A DNA stretch of 64,000 bases from Candidatus Caldarchaeales archaeon (GCA_039630055.1 JBCNVN010000001.1:32001-96000); one strand, 5' to 3'. Counted from the stretch's first letter, positions 9,161-19,005 are shown. Numbers and translations are program-made. Notes: generated from the sequence alone by a model not told the origin.

Positions 9161-10246
9161 ATGAGTAGAGACAAGGAGACAAAGATCTTCGAGGTTGATA
9201 CATTAAATATTAACATGGATTATATTAGTGAGGCTGCTGAAGTGATTAGGGATGGAGGCTTGGTTGTCTTCCCCACCGAGACTGTCTATGGGCTTGGAGC
9301 AGATGCGTTGAATCGAGAAGCTGTAAGAAAAGTATACGAGGTTAAGAAGAGACCATTAGATAATCCATTGATAGTACATATATCAAATATGGGTCAACTA
9401 GATAATGTCATATCTAGGATCCATGTAGGAGAAGAAGTCTACAAAATTATGGAGAGGTTCTGGCCTGGTCCTTTAACCCTTATACTTCCAAAATCAAGAG
9501 AATTACCTTATGAGGTGACGGCCGGCCATCAAGTAGTTGCGGTTAGAATGCCTGCCCATCCAGTAGCTTTGAACCTAATAGAATTGAGCAGGACCCCGAT
9601 AGTAGGTCCCAGCGCTAATCCAGCCGGTAGACCATCCCCTACTAGTGGAGAACACGTTAAGAAAGATATGATGGGAAAAGTGGATGTGATAATAGATGCG
9701 GGAGAGACACTATATGGTGTTGAGTCAACGATAATAGACTTGACAAGGGATCCTCCGATGCTTCTTAGACCTGGAGCGATCCCAGTAGAAGAGGTTGAGA
9801 AATATATTCAGAAGAGGGTGGATGTGCCGGATTTTGCTAGAGGACTGGTAAAAGTATCTGAGGCAATATCTCCTGGGATGAAGTATAGACATTATGCACC
9901 TATTACACCTTTAATTGTTATTGAGGCTGGAGATTATTCTAATCTGGAGACCTATTGTAGGAAGATTCAGGAGTATGTTAGAGATTTGAAGAGCTCTGGA
10001 AAGAAGATTGTAATATTGGCCTCGAGAGAGACTAGAGAACTCTATGAAAATATTGATGTACTGGTTTTAGGTTCTAGAAGTAATCTTTTTGAAGTTGCTA
10101 AGAACCTCTTCTCAACCCTGAGGATTATCGATGAGCTTAAAGTAGATTTGGCCGTATCTGAAGGATTTGAAGAGAGAGGGTTAGGATTGACTATAATGAA
10201 TAGGTTACGGAAAGCAAGCGGATACAATATCATAAAGATACCGTGA
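9161..10246 (+). CDS. sua5: L-threonylcarbamoyladenylate synthase Sua5
   Basis: FPTETVYGLGA, KKRPLDNPLIVH, FWPGPLT, PSAN, PGMKYRHYAP, MNRLRKA. Confidence 0.96.
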   Translation: MSRDKETKIFEVDTLNINMDYISEAAEVIRDGGLVVFPTETVYGLGADALNREAVRKVYEVKKRPLDNPLIVHISNMGQLDNVISRIHVGEEVYKIMERFWPGPLTLILPKSRELPYEVTAGHQVVAVRMPAHPVALNLIELSRTPIVGPSANPAGRPSPTSGEHVKKDMMGKVDVIIDAGETLYGVESTIIDLTRDPPMLLRPGAIPVEEVEKYIQKRVDVPDFARGLVKVSEAISPGMKYRHYAPITPLIVIEAGDYSNLETYCRKIQEYVRDLKSSGKKIVILASRETRELYENIDVLVLGSRSNLFEVAKNLFSTLRIIDELKVDLAVSEGFEERGLGLTIMNRLRKASGYNIIKIP

Positions 10247-10477
10247 CTTTCTGAATTATCCATCGTATAGAGTTTAGGGAGTTATCATGGATCATCTTCA
10301 TAAAGTTCTAAGAGGAGATCAGCATCACGTCGTTCTTTGAACACACATACTACATAAACGATTATCAATTATCATGTAGATATGTAAGAGTATGAAGATG
10401 TCAAAGGTTGGAGGAAGCATATATAAATGCTAGGAAATTGAATATAGGAAGATGAAGTTCTTCTACTCTTCTCATTG

Positions 10478-10588
10478 ATGTATGTTATCGCTGTCGCTCC
10501 CAGTAATCCTTTAGTGCCAGTATTCTCAATGATGCTCTTGATTGTAATATTACTGCTGCTCTACTCTATCTACACCATTAGAAGGTGA
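10478..10588 (+). CDS. Putative 36-aa hydrophobic peptide (or tail of a decayed membrane-protein gene)
   Basis: Hand translation MYVIAVAPSNPLVPVFSMMLLIVILLLLYSIYTIRR*; stop overlaps the AGGTGA SD of the next gene. Confidence 0.3.
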   Translation: MYVIAVAPSNPLVPVFSMMLLIVILLLLYSIYTIRR

Positions 10589-10592
10589 TATA

Positions 10593-11696
10593 TTGAATAG
10601 TGAAAACAAATTGTTCTCGAGATCTTCTTTAGAAGATCAACTGAGAGTTTATAGATACGTCATGGAAAAAAAGACTGAGAGTGCTAAAAACCTCGCCCAA
10701 CAGATTCGAGAAAAATTCCATGTGAGTATACACCCTGACACCATAAAGCGTTGGAAAAAGAGGGGTTCTCGTTTTGACTTCTTGATCGATTACCTAGAAA
10801 CTCCAATATTAGAAATATCGTACTTCACCCTCAGAGACGAGGCAATCAAATTACATAACGTATTCGGCTACGTATTGATAAGCAAGATACTTCATATGAA
10901 GTATGGCATTAGAATCAGTCCCCCAACAATAAATGGGTGGTTGCGGGGTAAAAAGCCCAGAACAACTAATCTCTCACCATCTCCCGAACTCGCTGTAGTA
11001 GCTGCTGCCGTTGTAGGAGACGGTTGTATAACTACTAGTAAACATTTGCGTCCCAAACCTTATGTACAAAAAAAGATAGAATTGTCCATGAAAGACATTG
11101 AACCAGTATTGATGGTAAGAGACTGTCTACTTAAAATTTGCAAATATAATTATATAATTAGTGAAAAACAGGGAAGGTATTGGATTGCTTGTCATAGAAA
11201 GGATCTCGTAGATTATCTAAGTAATAGAGACAACATTCTCAATCTATTGCGATCTTTTCCTATAGAATTTATGAGAATGTTATTTGAGTGTGATGGTCAT
11301 GTTTCTGCTAGTATTTCCACAGTAAACGATAAAGGAAAAATTAAAAAAGTCTTTGATGTAAAAATATGTCTAACGAACTCGGACAAAGAACTTTTAGAGG
11401 AGGTTCAAAAACAACTAGAAAAGTTAGGGATTCGTTCAAAGATATATTTATCCACAAAAGCTGGAACCCCACTAATAATGCCCAACAACTCTAGGATTTA
11501 TATAAGGAAGAAAGATATATACAGATTGTCCATACAGGAGAAATTGTCAATAATGAAATTCTCTACAATAAACTTTATTACTAGAAGAAAAAGACAGAAA
11601 CTGGAAAATATAATCAACATTCTCCAGAAATGCTCAGAGACAGAGGCTGTAGATGAATGGATTAAACTTGTAGCTGAATATATGAAGGGCGAATAG
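10593..11696 (+). mobile_element. Free-standing double-motif LAGLIDADG endonuclease with N-terminal HTH repeats
   Basis: ELAVVAAAVVGDG and FMRMLFECDG motifs; TNSDKELL..VQKQLEKLGI; two HTH-like segments (TIKRWKK, TINGWLRG); no intein splicing motifs. Confidence 0.8.
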
Positions 11697-11725
11697 CCCC
11701 CTCCCCTCTCTTTATTTTTATTCTT
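11697..11725 (+). terminator. Pyrimidine/oligo-T tract after the LAGLIDADG gene
   Basis: CCCCCTCCCCTCTCTTTATTTTTATT immediately after the stop, typical of archaeal terminators. Confidence 0.35.
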
Positions 11726-11727
11726 CT

Positions 11728-11784
11728 CTAGGCTAATATAAAATTTTCAAGTCTTGTAATTGGATCTATTACTACTTCTCTCAA
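11728..11784 (-). pseudogene. mvhA: 5' remnant of the [NiFe]-hydrogenase large subunit MvhA
   Basis: TTG 5 nt after the mvhG stop, with GAGGGGTGA SD; translates MREVVIDPITRLE-NFILA*. IDPITRLE is the conserved large-subunit start (normally followed by GH). Confidence 0.85.
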
Positions 11785-11789
11785 TTATC

Positions 11790-12770
11790 TCACCCCTCAA
11801 CCATCTTTATCTTTCCACGTAGCCGTGAGGCGGCTAACGTATATCTATAGAATGTACCCATGAAGTCTGAAAAGTTGTTTAGAGCCTTCTCAATTTCTTC
11901 TTCATTATAGTGGTCTAGGATGCTTGCAAAGTATGATGCTGCCTTACCACCATAGTCTATTACTTCGTCAAGTGGGCCGAAGCATCCTGTACAAGGCATG
12001 GCAGCCTTGACACATAGTGCTCCACATCCTCCACGAGTAACTGGGCCTAAACATGCTAATCCTTGGACTAGAAGACATTTCTCAGGGTCGACGACTATTT
12101 CATGGGGTCTCTTGACCTCCTTTATTAAAACCTTCTCAGGCTTTGTCTCATTTAGAGGACAGTCATAGCATAGGGATCTTTCAGATGCTCCTAGAACAGA
12201 ACCTTTAGCTGGAAGGTTTCCTGATAGAAGAGCCTCGATAGCCTTCCATGTAACTTCGGGGGTTGGAGGGCATCCTGGAATATAGTAATCCACATCTATT
12301 ACTAGGTCTAATGGTAAGAGTCTTGGAAAGAACTCGGGTAGCTTAAGATTTATTCCCTCCTCTAATCTTACATTTGTCATAGGTGTTCTCTTTTCAGAGT
12401 TGCTAATGGTTGGAGCCTCATGATATACATAATTAAATATGTCTTCTTTACTGTATAGGTTGGCTAGACCTGGAACGCCTCCCCAAGATGAACATGCACC
12501 ATAAGCTACAACTATCTTGGACTTTTTCCTTAATAGTTTTACAACTTCTTCATGTTCCTCTAATCTTATCCCACCATTTATGAAGCTGACAGTTATAGAT
12601 TTATCTGGAAGGTTCTCAACATCCTTAACCTTAAAGTCTAGTGCCACCGGCCAGAATACTATATCTACCAAGCTTACTAAGTCTAGGATCTTCTCTGCCA
12701 AGTCTACTACAGATTCTTCACATCCACCACAGCTAGCACACCAGTAGAGAGCAACCTTAGGCTTCTCCAA
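11790..12770 (-). CDS. mvhG: F420-non-reducing (group 3c) hydrogenase small subunit
   Basis: CASCGGC, YGAC...GG, PGCPP, CYDC, CL..QG..CLGP.TRGGC...C......CTGCFG. Confidence 0.92.
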   Translation of the reverse strand: MEKPKVALYWCASCGGCEESVVDLAEKILDLVSLVDIVFWPVALDFKVKDVENLPDKSITVSFINGGIRLEEHEEVVKLLRKKSKIVVAYGACSSWGGVPGLANLYSKEDIFNYVYHEAPTISNSEKRTPMTNVRLEEGINLKLPEFFPRLLPLDLVIDVDYYIPGCPPTPEVTWKAIEALLSGNLPAKGSVLGASERSLCYDCPLNETKPEKVLIKEVKRPHEIVVDPEKCLLVQGLACLGPVTRGGCGALCVKAAMPCTGCFGPLDEVIDYGGKAASYFASILDHYNEEEIEKALNNFSDFMGTFYRYTLAASRLRGKIKMVEG

Positions 12771-13188
12771 CTCTCACCTCACCTTCAACCCTCAAAGGTC
12801 CCAAAGCTTTTATCTCCCTATACATTTCTTGAGCTACTCTAACAAATTTCTCTGCTTCTGAAGCAGATATCCATTCAAGCCTAAACCTCTCCTTCTCTAT
12901 CCCAAAACTCTCAAGCATCTTCTTCAGCAAAGTCATTCTCCTCAATGCTTTATAATTTCCTTCTATATAATGGCAGTCTCCTGGATGGCATCCAGCAACT
13001 AGTACTCCATCAGCACCCCGACTGAAAGCCTCCAAGATAAACTGAGGGTCGACTCTACCTGAACACATAACTTTTATAACTAAAAAGTTTGGAGGATACT
13101 TCATCCTACTCGTTCCAGCTAGGTCAAGCGCAGCATATGAGCACCAGTTACATGCAAAAACGATTATCCTAGGTTCAAAATTCTCCAA
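12757..13188 (-). CDS. mvhD: Hydrogenase delta subunit, [2Fe-2S]
   Basis: FACNWCSY, CSGRVD, GCHPGDCHY, WISASE. Confidence 0.95.
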   Translation of the reverse strand: MENFEPRIIVFACNWCSYAALDLAGTSRMKYPPNFLVIKVMCSGRVDPQFILEAFSRGADGVLVAGCHPGDCHYIEGNYKALRRMTLLKKMLESFGIEKERFRLEWISASEAEKFVRVAQEMYREIKALGPLRVEGEVRVGEA

Positions 13189-13194
13189 AACTGA

Positions 13195-15144
13195 TCACCT
13201 CGCTAAGGCTGCTAAGAGCTGAGCCTTAAGCTGGGTATCTTTAAAGCTGAATTGCTGCATAGCACCACTTGGGCATGCGGCTACACAAACTCCACATCCC
13301 TTACATAGAGAAGCATCAACCTTCGCCGACCTCACCCGGTCTATAACCTCTAAACTTATAGCGGTATATGGGCACACACCTATACATATAGAGCATCCGC
13401 TACAAATACTTTTATTGACTACTGCTATCGTAGGCTCTACTATAACTTCTTCCTTGGATAGGAGTGTTACAGCCTTAGAAGCAGCCGCACTACCTGAAGC
13501 AATACTTTCAATAATGTTTTTAGGTCCTGTAACTGCTCCAGCTAAGTAGACTCCATCTGTAGTTGCCTCAACAGGTCTAAGCTTTAGATGTGCTTCTTTA
13601 AGGAAGCCTTCTGGTCCACATCCAACTTTAAGGATTGTTCTGACCTTATCTATACCTTCTGGAGGCTTCATCCCTACAACTAATACTACCAAGTCTGCAG
13701 GTATAGTCACTTCTTCATTTATCGTTTCTTCAAAGAAGCTTACATATATCTCACCATCAGGTTTAACCGTCACCCTTGGAGATTCTTTAAATCTTGCGAA
13801 TCTTATAAAGTGCTCACCGGCTTTTAAGTATAATTGTTCATCTCCTCTACCATACGTTCTAATATCTTTATGGAGTATGTAGATATCCGTATCCGGATAT
13901 GCTTCTCTGATCATTAATGCATTCTTTATAGTTGAGGAGCAACACATCCTCGAGCAGTGTGAGTAAGCATTAGGGGTTGTGTTTAGTGAGCCTACACACA
14001 TTATGAAGACTATCTTCTTAGGCTTAAACCCATCTACTACCAGTTCTCCATTTGTGGGACCATCTCGGACGAGCAATCTCTCAAGCTGGAACAATGTTGT
14101 GATCCTATTGGATAGCTTATACCCATACTCACCTATAGGAGGTTCATAAGGGTCGTAGCCTGCTGCCACGACTACTGCTCCAACATCTAGGTCTATCTCT
14201 TCAAATCTTTCCTCTAAGTTTATTGCGGCTGTGGGACATACCTCTACGCATTTACCACATCTAGTACAGTTCTGCATATCTATAACGTATAGCTTTGGAT
14301 ACGCATCTTTAAACGGTAGGTATATTGCTTTTCTTCTAGATATTCCAAACTCGTATTCATTCGGAACTTCTACAGGGCATATCTTACTGCACTCATCACA
14401 TAGAATACATCTCTCATTAACATACCTAGGCTTCTTCGCTAGCTTTACCTTGAAGTTTCCAACGGATCCATCTACTCCTATCAACTCTGTATTTACGTAT
14501 ATGTTGATGTTCGGGTCTCCAGCAACCTTCTGGATAAGCTCTCTAGCTATATCAGAGCCTTTCAGTTCTGTATAAGGTAATCTTCCAAGCCTAGCCACTC
14601 TTCCACCAAGAATAGGTGCTCTCTCGACCAAGTGAACTTTGAAACCTTTCCCAGCTAGGTCTTGAGCAGCAGCTAATCCTGAAACACCTCCACCGATGAC
14701 TAGCACGCTTCTATCTACCTTAAACTTTATATCTTCTAAAGGTTCTAGCAGAGATGCTTTAGCTACAGCCATTCTAATAAGGATCTTAACTTTCTCCGTA
14801 GCCCTCTCTTTAGTATCTGAATGTGGCCATGAACATAGTTCCCTTATATTCGCCATCTCTAGAACGTATGGATTTAGCCCAGCTTCAGCTAAGGTCGACC
14901 TAAAAGTATGTTCATGCATTGTTGGAGAACATGCAGCTACGACAACCCTGTTTAAACCATGCTTCTTAACGCTTTCCTTGATCAATTCTTGTCCAGGAGC
15001 TGAGCACATGAATAGGTAATCTCTTACCTCTACAACATTTGGTAGATTCTTAACATAATCAACTACTTCTTTAATGTTTACTACGCCTGCAATATTTGCT
15101 CCGCAGTGGCATACGTATACTCCGATTCTAGGCTCTTCACCCAT
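13195..15144 (-). CDS. hdrA: HdrA-family flavoprotein (QmoB-like, followed by separate MvhD)
   Basis: RIGVYVCHCG, AACSP, NIRELCSW, VIGGGVSG, CSRMCC, internal and C-terminal ferredoxin motifs; lacks the DCxxC segment. Confidence 0.9.
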   Translation of the reverse strand: MGEEPRIGVYVCHCGANIAGVVNIKEVVDYVKNLPNVVEVRDYLFMCSAPGQELIKESVKKHGLNRVVVAACSPTMHEHTFRSTLAEAGLNPYVLEMANIRELCSWPHSDTKERATEKVKILIRMAVAKASLLEPLEDIKFKVDRSVLVIGGGVSGLAAAQDLAGKGFKVHLVERAPILGGRVARLGRLPYTELKGSDIARELIQKVAGDPNINIYVNTELIGVDGSVGNFKVKLAKKPRYVNERCILCDECSKICPVEVPNEYEFGISRRKAIYLPFKDAYPKLYVIDMQNCTRCGKCVEVCPTAAINLEERFEEIDLDVGAVVVAAGYDPYEPPIGEYGYKLSNRITTLFQLERLLVRDGPTNGELVVDGFKPKKIVFIMCVGSLNTTPNAYSHCSRMCCSSTIKNALMIREAYPDTDIYILHKDIRTYGRGDEQLYLKAGEHFIRFARFKESPRVTVKPDGEIYVSFFEETINEEVTIPADLVVLVVGMKPPEGIDKVRTILKVGCGPEGFLKEAHLKLRPVEATTDGVYLAGAVTGPKNIIESIASGSAAASKAVTLLSKEEVIVEPTIAVVNKSICSGCSICIGVCPYTAISLEVIDRVRSAKVDASLCKGCGVCVAACPSGAMQQFSFKDTQLKAQLLAALAR

Positions 15145-15145
15145 G

Positions 15146-16435
15146 CTATACACCTCCAGCAATTATAGATGCTTTGATAGCTGCAGAGTCGGCTTGGACC
15201 ACTGAGTCGGGTATATCTTTAGCTCCAGCAGCTACTCCTACAACATATATCCCTTTTATATTTGTTGAGGTTGGGTCTAGGTAAGGATTCTCTAAACGTA
15301 TGTATCCATCTTCGCTCAATGTTATAGGTAGAGCGGTTGGATAGTTCGGCTTAACCCCTAAAGCTAATACAACCATTTCAGCTCTCATAGTCTTCTTAAT
15401 CCCAGTGAAAGTATCTTCATAAGTAATCATAAGGTCTTTAGTCTTAGGGTCTTCCTCGATCTTCGCAGGCTTACTCCTAACGAAGTTTATCTTAAATTCC
15501 TCTCTAGCTCTGTTGTAGAATTCTTGGTATCCTTTTCCGAACGCTCTCATATCCATGTAGAATATTGTGCACTCAACATCCGGCAAGTGTTCTTTCGCAA
15601 GTATTGCATGTTTAATGGAGGCAGTACAGCAGAAGGCTGAGCAGTTTGGATTTATCTTAACATCTCTGGAACATATGCATTGTATAAATGCAATACTCTT
15701 CGGATGCTTTTTATCCGACCTCCTCACGACCTCTCCACCTGTTGGACCTGTTGCAGACACCAGTCTTTCAAATTCTAAAGATGTGTAAACGTTTGCATAT
15801 TTTCCATAACCGTAGAGTGGCTGTAGCTTGGGATCCATGAGTTCATATCCAGTAGCAATAATAATGGATGCAACGTTAAGCTCTATCGTTTGAGGCTGTT
15901 GCTCAAAGTCTACTGCTCTCGTTGGGCAGACCCTCTCACATACTCTACAAATCCCTTTAGTAAAGTAGAAGCAATAGTCTCTATCTATTGTTGCTTTTAG
16001 AGGGACTGCTTGAGGGAAGAGGAAATATATCGCTCTTCTATTGCTCATCCCTAGATTAAACTCGTCTGGAACTTTAGATGGACACTTAGACATACAAACT
16101 CCGCATCCAATACATTTATCTTCGATAACGTATCTAGGCTTCTTCAGGATCCTTACATTAAAGTCTCCTACTCCTCCTTTAACATCTAATACTTCTGAAT
16201 ACGTTAAGAGCTTTATCATTGGATGTCTTGCAACGGAGACCATCTTAGGCGTAAGTATGCATGAAGAGCAGTCTAATGTTGGAAATGTTTTATCGAGTTG
16301 AGCCATTTTACCACCAATACTCGGAGCCTTCTCGACCAGATACACTGGGATTCCGTGATCACCGAGATCCAAAGCTGCTTGGATACCAGCGATCCCTCCA
16401 CCAATAACCAATACAGGCTTAGGCAAGCGCGCCAC
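15146..16435 (-). CDS. hdrA: Short HdrA-family flavoprotein (QmoA-like core plus inserted ferredoxin)
   Basis: VIGGGIAG, QLDKTFPTLDCSSCILTP, GPTGG, CSAFCC, KDIPDSV; lacks the N-terminal CHCG domain and the C-terminal ferredoxin. Confidence 0.88.
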   Translation of the reverse strand: MARLPKPVLVIGGGIAGIQAALDLGDHGIPVYLVEKAPSIGGKMAQLDKTFPTLDCSSCILTPKMVSVARHPMIKLLTYSEVLDVKGGVGDFNVRILKKPRYVIEDKCIGCGVCMSKCPSKVPDEFNLGMSNRRAIYFLFPQAVPLKATIDRDYCFYFTKGICRVCERVCPTRAVDFEQQPQTIELNVASIIIATGYELMDPKLQPLYGYGKYANVYTSLEFERLVSATGPTGGEVVRRSDKKHPKSIAFIQCICSRDVKINPNCSAFCCTASIKHAILAKEHLPDVECTIFYMDMRAFGKGYQEFYNRAREEFKINFVRSKPAKIEEDPKTKDLMITYEDTFTGIKKTMRAEMVVLALGVKPNYPTALPITLSEDGYIRLENPYLDPTSTNIKGIYVVGVAAGAKDIPDSVVQADSAAIKASIIAGGV

Positions 16436-17549
16436 CTCCTGAAGCTAAGAATCTCTCTTTCAAATTCGAGAAATAGATTGCGAAGGGTCTGTAAGCTAAG
16501 TGGGACCACTTGGTGAAAGGCACTTCAAGTATCAAGAATGGTGCAACCACCATTAAGTGTATCGAGTAGGTTATGTACGTTGCCAGAGGTAGCTCGATGA
16601 GTCTAAAGATTCCGACGAGAATGCCTGTTACCGTTGTGATGAAGAGTAGGATTATAAACATCCAGTCTGTTGGATGAGAGTAGCTCCACATAGGTTGAGA
16701 TCTCTTAATCCTCCCATAGATAGCTACTGAGGAACCGTAGAGCAATGCTATTGTAGAGAATATGCCGAGGATACTTAGAGGATTGACTAGTAGGAACGGC
16801 TCATTCGTTTGAGTAAATCTAAGCAATGGGACGAATAGTATGAAAGCTGCAGCATATCCGTAGACTATGATCAAATGGTTTATCCAGTTGGATGCTCTAC
16901 ATAACCTAAACTTTATCTGTGTAAATAAGTGTACTGGAATAGTCTTAATGAAGTCTTTAATCATGAACCTTAAAGGTATCTTTATCCTTCTCTCATGATC
17001 ATCCCTCATAATATATCTATACATTCTGTAGAGATTTGTTAAAAGCAATGTTGCAAGTATGAATAAGACTGCTAATCCAGCTGTATCAACTATATGTATT
17101 GGTGCAAAAGTTTCAAGCTCGACACTATCTAATACTATTGGTCCATGTAAGAAATAGATTAATAAGCCCACTATCGCTGCTATAGCTGCCGTCGCTAATA
17201 TTTCTACTTTCTTTGAGTAGTATAGTAGTTTCGAGAGTCCAGTCCAGTCATACTTAGTTGTAAGATACCTTCTAAGAGCCATCATAAAGCCTCCCGGATC
17301 AGCATCTCTAGGGCAATATTCACTACACTCTCCACAGTAGTAGCATAGCCATGGTTCTGGGCTTGATAGAAGCCTGTCTTGGACACCCATCAATGCATAA
17401 CGGATTAGTTTTCTCGGATAATTTGCACGTCCTTCACCAGTGACAGGGCATATAGCAGTACACTGACCACAGTTAAAACATTTAGAGAGACCTTTTGCTC
17501 CCAGTCTAATTATTTCTCTTGTTGTTTGAGGCACAACTAGACTTATCAT
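16419..17549 (-). CDS. qmoC: QmoC-like membrane protein: HdrC-type 2x[4Fe-4S] domain fused to a cytochrome b-like TM domain
   Basis: CFNCGQCTAICP and CYYCGECSEYCP, about six TM helices with His residues, C-terminal TKWSHLAYRP. Confidence 0.75.
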   Translation of the reverse strand: MISLVVPQTTREIIRLGAKGLSKCFNCGQCTAICPVTGEGRANYPRKLIRYALMGVQDRLLSSPEPWLCYYCGECSEYCPRDADPGGFMMALRRYLTTKYDWTGLSKLLYYSKKVEILATAAIAAIVGLLIYFLHGPIVLDSVELETFAPIHIVDTAGLAVLFILATLLLTNLYRMYRYIMRDDHERRIKIPLRFMIKDFIKTIPVHLFTQIKFRLCRASNWINHLIIVYGYAAAFILFVPLLRFTQTNEPFLLVNPLSILGIFSTIALLYGSSVAIYGRIKRSQPMWSYSHPTDWMFIILLFITTVTGILVGIFRLIELPLATYITYSIHLMVVAPFLILEVPFTKWSHLAYRPFAIYFSNLKERFLASGGGALA

Positions 17550-17640
17550 ATTTCCGATAGAAGGAAAAAGAAAAAGTTTATTAAGTTTTCTTAAGAAAAA
17601 ATATACTATTACTACTATATATACCTCCTAATCGGTTAAG

Positions 17641-17671
17641 GAATATATTCTAAACTAATGAAGTATATACT
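17641..17671. promoter_or_regulatory. Palindromes GAATATATTC (17641) and AGTATATACT (17662) upstream of the qmoC-like operon
   Basis: Two perfect 10-bp palindromes 21 bp apart; the second is identical to boxes at 24157 and 24181. Confidence 0.45.
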
Positions 17672-18701
17672 AACAGATTCTTGGAACTATCTCACCTATT
17701 GGTGGTTCAAGGATCCTATATCCACCTACACTCGTCCTGACCACTACTAGACTCATATCCTCTCTAGGTCTCACATCGCCTATTATCTGTGCCTCGACAT
17801 ATCCTACAGAATGTATTTGTTCAAGTACCTCTTCAGCTATTTCTCCTTCTACACCTATGACAGCTACTCCTTCAGATGCTAGTGTAAGAGGGTCTAATCC
17901 AAGCATCCCACAATAATTCTTAACAGACTCTCTTATTGGAATCTTCTCTTCATCGATAACTATAGTGGTATTAGAGGCTGAAGCCCAGTTGTTTAGAGTC
18001 ATTGCTAACCCTCCCCTAGTGGGATCACTAGCGGCATGGATGTTTTCACGGTGTCTTCTAGTAATAGGGATCATCAAGTCTGTTAGAGGTTTAACATCAC
18101 TTACAAGCTGAGATTCTTCAAGCATAACCTTCTCTCTAGCAGCATATATCGCTACACCATGCTCAGCTATAGGTCCTGAAACTATTATCTTATCTCCAGG
18201 TCTTAGATTCTTATCGATTATTAATTGTTCTGCAATACCTATACCAGCCATTGTAATGATTATCTTATCCAGCTGCCCTCTAGGCATGACTTTAAAATCT
18301 CCACCTATCAACTTAACATCCATACTCTTAAGTACAGTGAACATCGAATCTAAGATCTTCTGTAAAACTTCTTCTTCAAACCCTTCCTCAACTATTATAG
18401 AATCTAGGACAGCTATCGGCATCCCTCCAAGCATTAGTAGATCGTTTATTGTTCCAGTGGCTGAGAGTTTTCCAATATCTCCCCCTGGAAAGAATATTGG
18501 GCTAACCGTATAGGCATCCGCTGTTATTATAAGATATCTTCCTCCACCCATAGGTATTGCTGCAGCATCATCTGGAAAATCTATCCCTATCCCGCCTTCT
18601 ACAAACTTCATCCAAGATGGCACCCTTCCGAAGATCAAATCTTCAAGTAGCCGGCTCATCTCTCTACCACCAGAGCCATGTGCAAGAGTTATCTTACCCA
18701 T
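17670..18701 (-). CDS. hypE: Hydrogenase maturation carbamoyl dehydratase
   Basis: ITLAHGSGG, FFPGGDIG, DPTRGG, C-terminal PRIC. Confidence 0.95.
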   Translation of the reverse strand: MGKITLAHGSGGREMSRLLEDLIFGRVPSWMKFVEGGIGIDFPDDAAAIPMGGGRYLIITADAYTVSPIFFPGGDIGKLSATGTINDLLMLGGMPIAVLDSIIVEEGFEEEVLQKILDSMFTVLKSMDVKLIGGDFKVMPRGQLDKIIITMAGIGIAEQLIIDKNLRPGDKIIVSGPIAEHGVAIYAAREKVMLEESQLVSDVKPLTDLMIPITRRHRENIHAASDPTRGGLAMTLNNWASASNTTIVIDEEKIPIRESVKNYCGMLGLDPLTLASEGVAVIGVEGEIAEEVLEQIHSVGYVEAQIIGDVRPREDMSLVVVRTSVGGYRILEPPIGEIVPRIC

Positions 18702-18711
18702 CTCCACACAC

Positions 18712-19005
18712 CTATCTCTCCAAACCTCTCCAATACTTAACAATTTTATCCATCTCTTTTAATTCTTCTATGGAGAGTTCACCTTCTTCAACAAGCTTCT
18801 CAGAAATCTCCTTGATATATTTGAAGCTTTCAAGAAAGTCTTCTTCACTAAGCTTTGAGATAACTATTCCTGCATGGACGATTACGTAATCTCCGGGAGA
18901 TAACTCATCTACCGCTGAGAATACTTCTCTCGTAACCCCTCCAAAATCTACTTTAACATTCTTTTCAGATACTTCTACCACCTTCCCATATACTCCCCAA
19001 CACAT
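18712..19005 (-). CDS. hypC: Hydrogenase assembly chaperone
   Basis: N-terminal MC, VDFGGV, GDYVIVHAG; TAATG overlap with the hypD stop. Confidence 0.93.
   Translation of the reverse strand: MCWGVYGKVVEVSEKNVKVDFGGVTREVFSAVDELSPGDYVIVHAGIVISKLSEEDFLESFKYIKEISEKLVEEGELSIEELKEMDKIVKYWRGLER

Noticed and set aside
10247-11745. LAGLIDADG ORF as part of an intron or intein inside mvhA
   Set aside because: It is antisense to mvhA, has no Cys/Ser start or His-Asn end, and no 3' mvhA exon is visible in 10247-10592.
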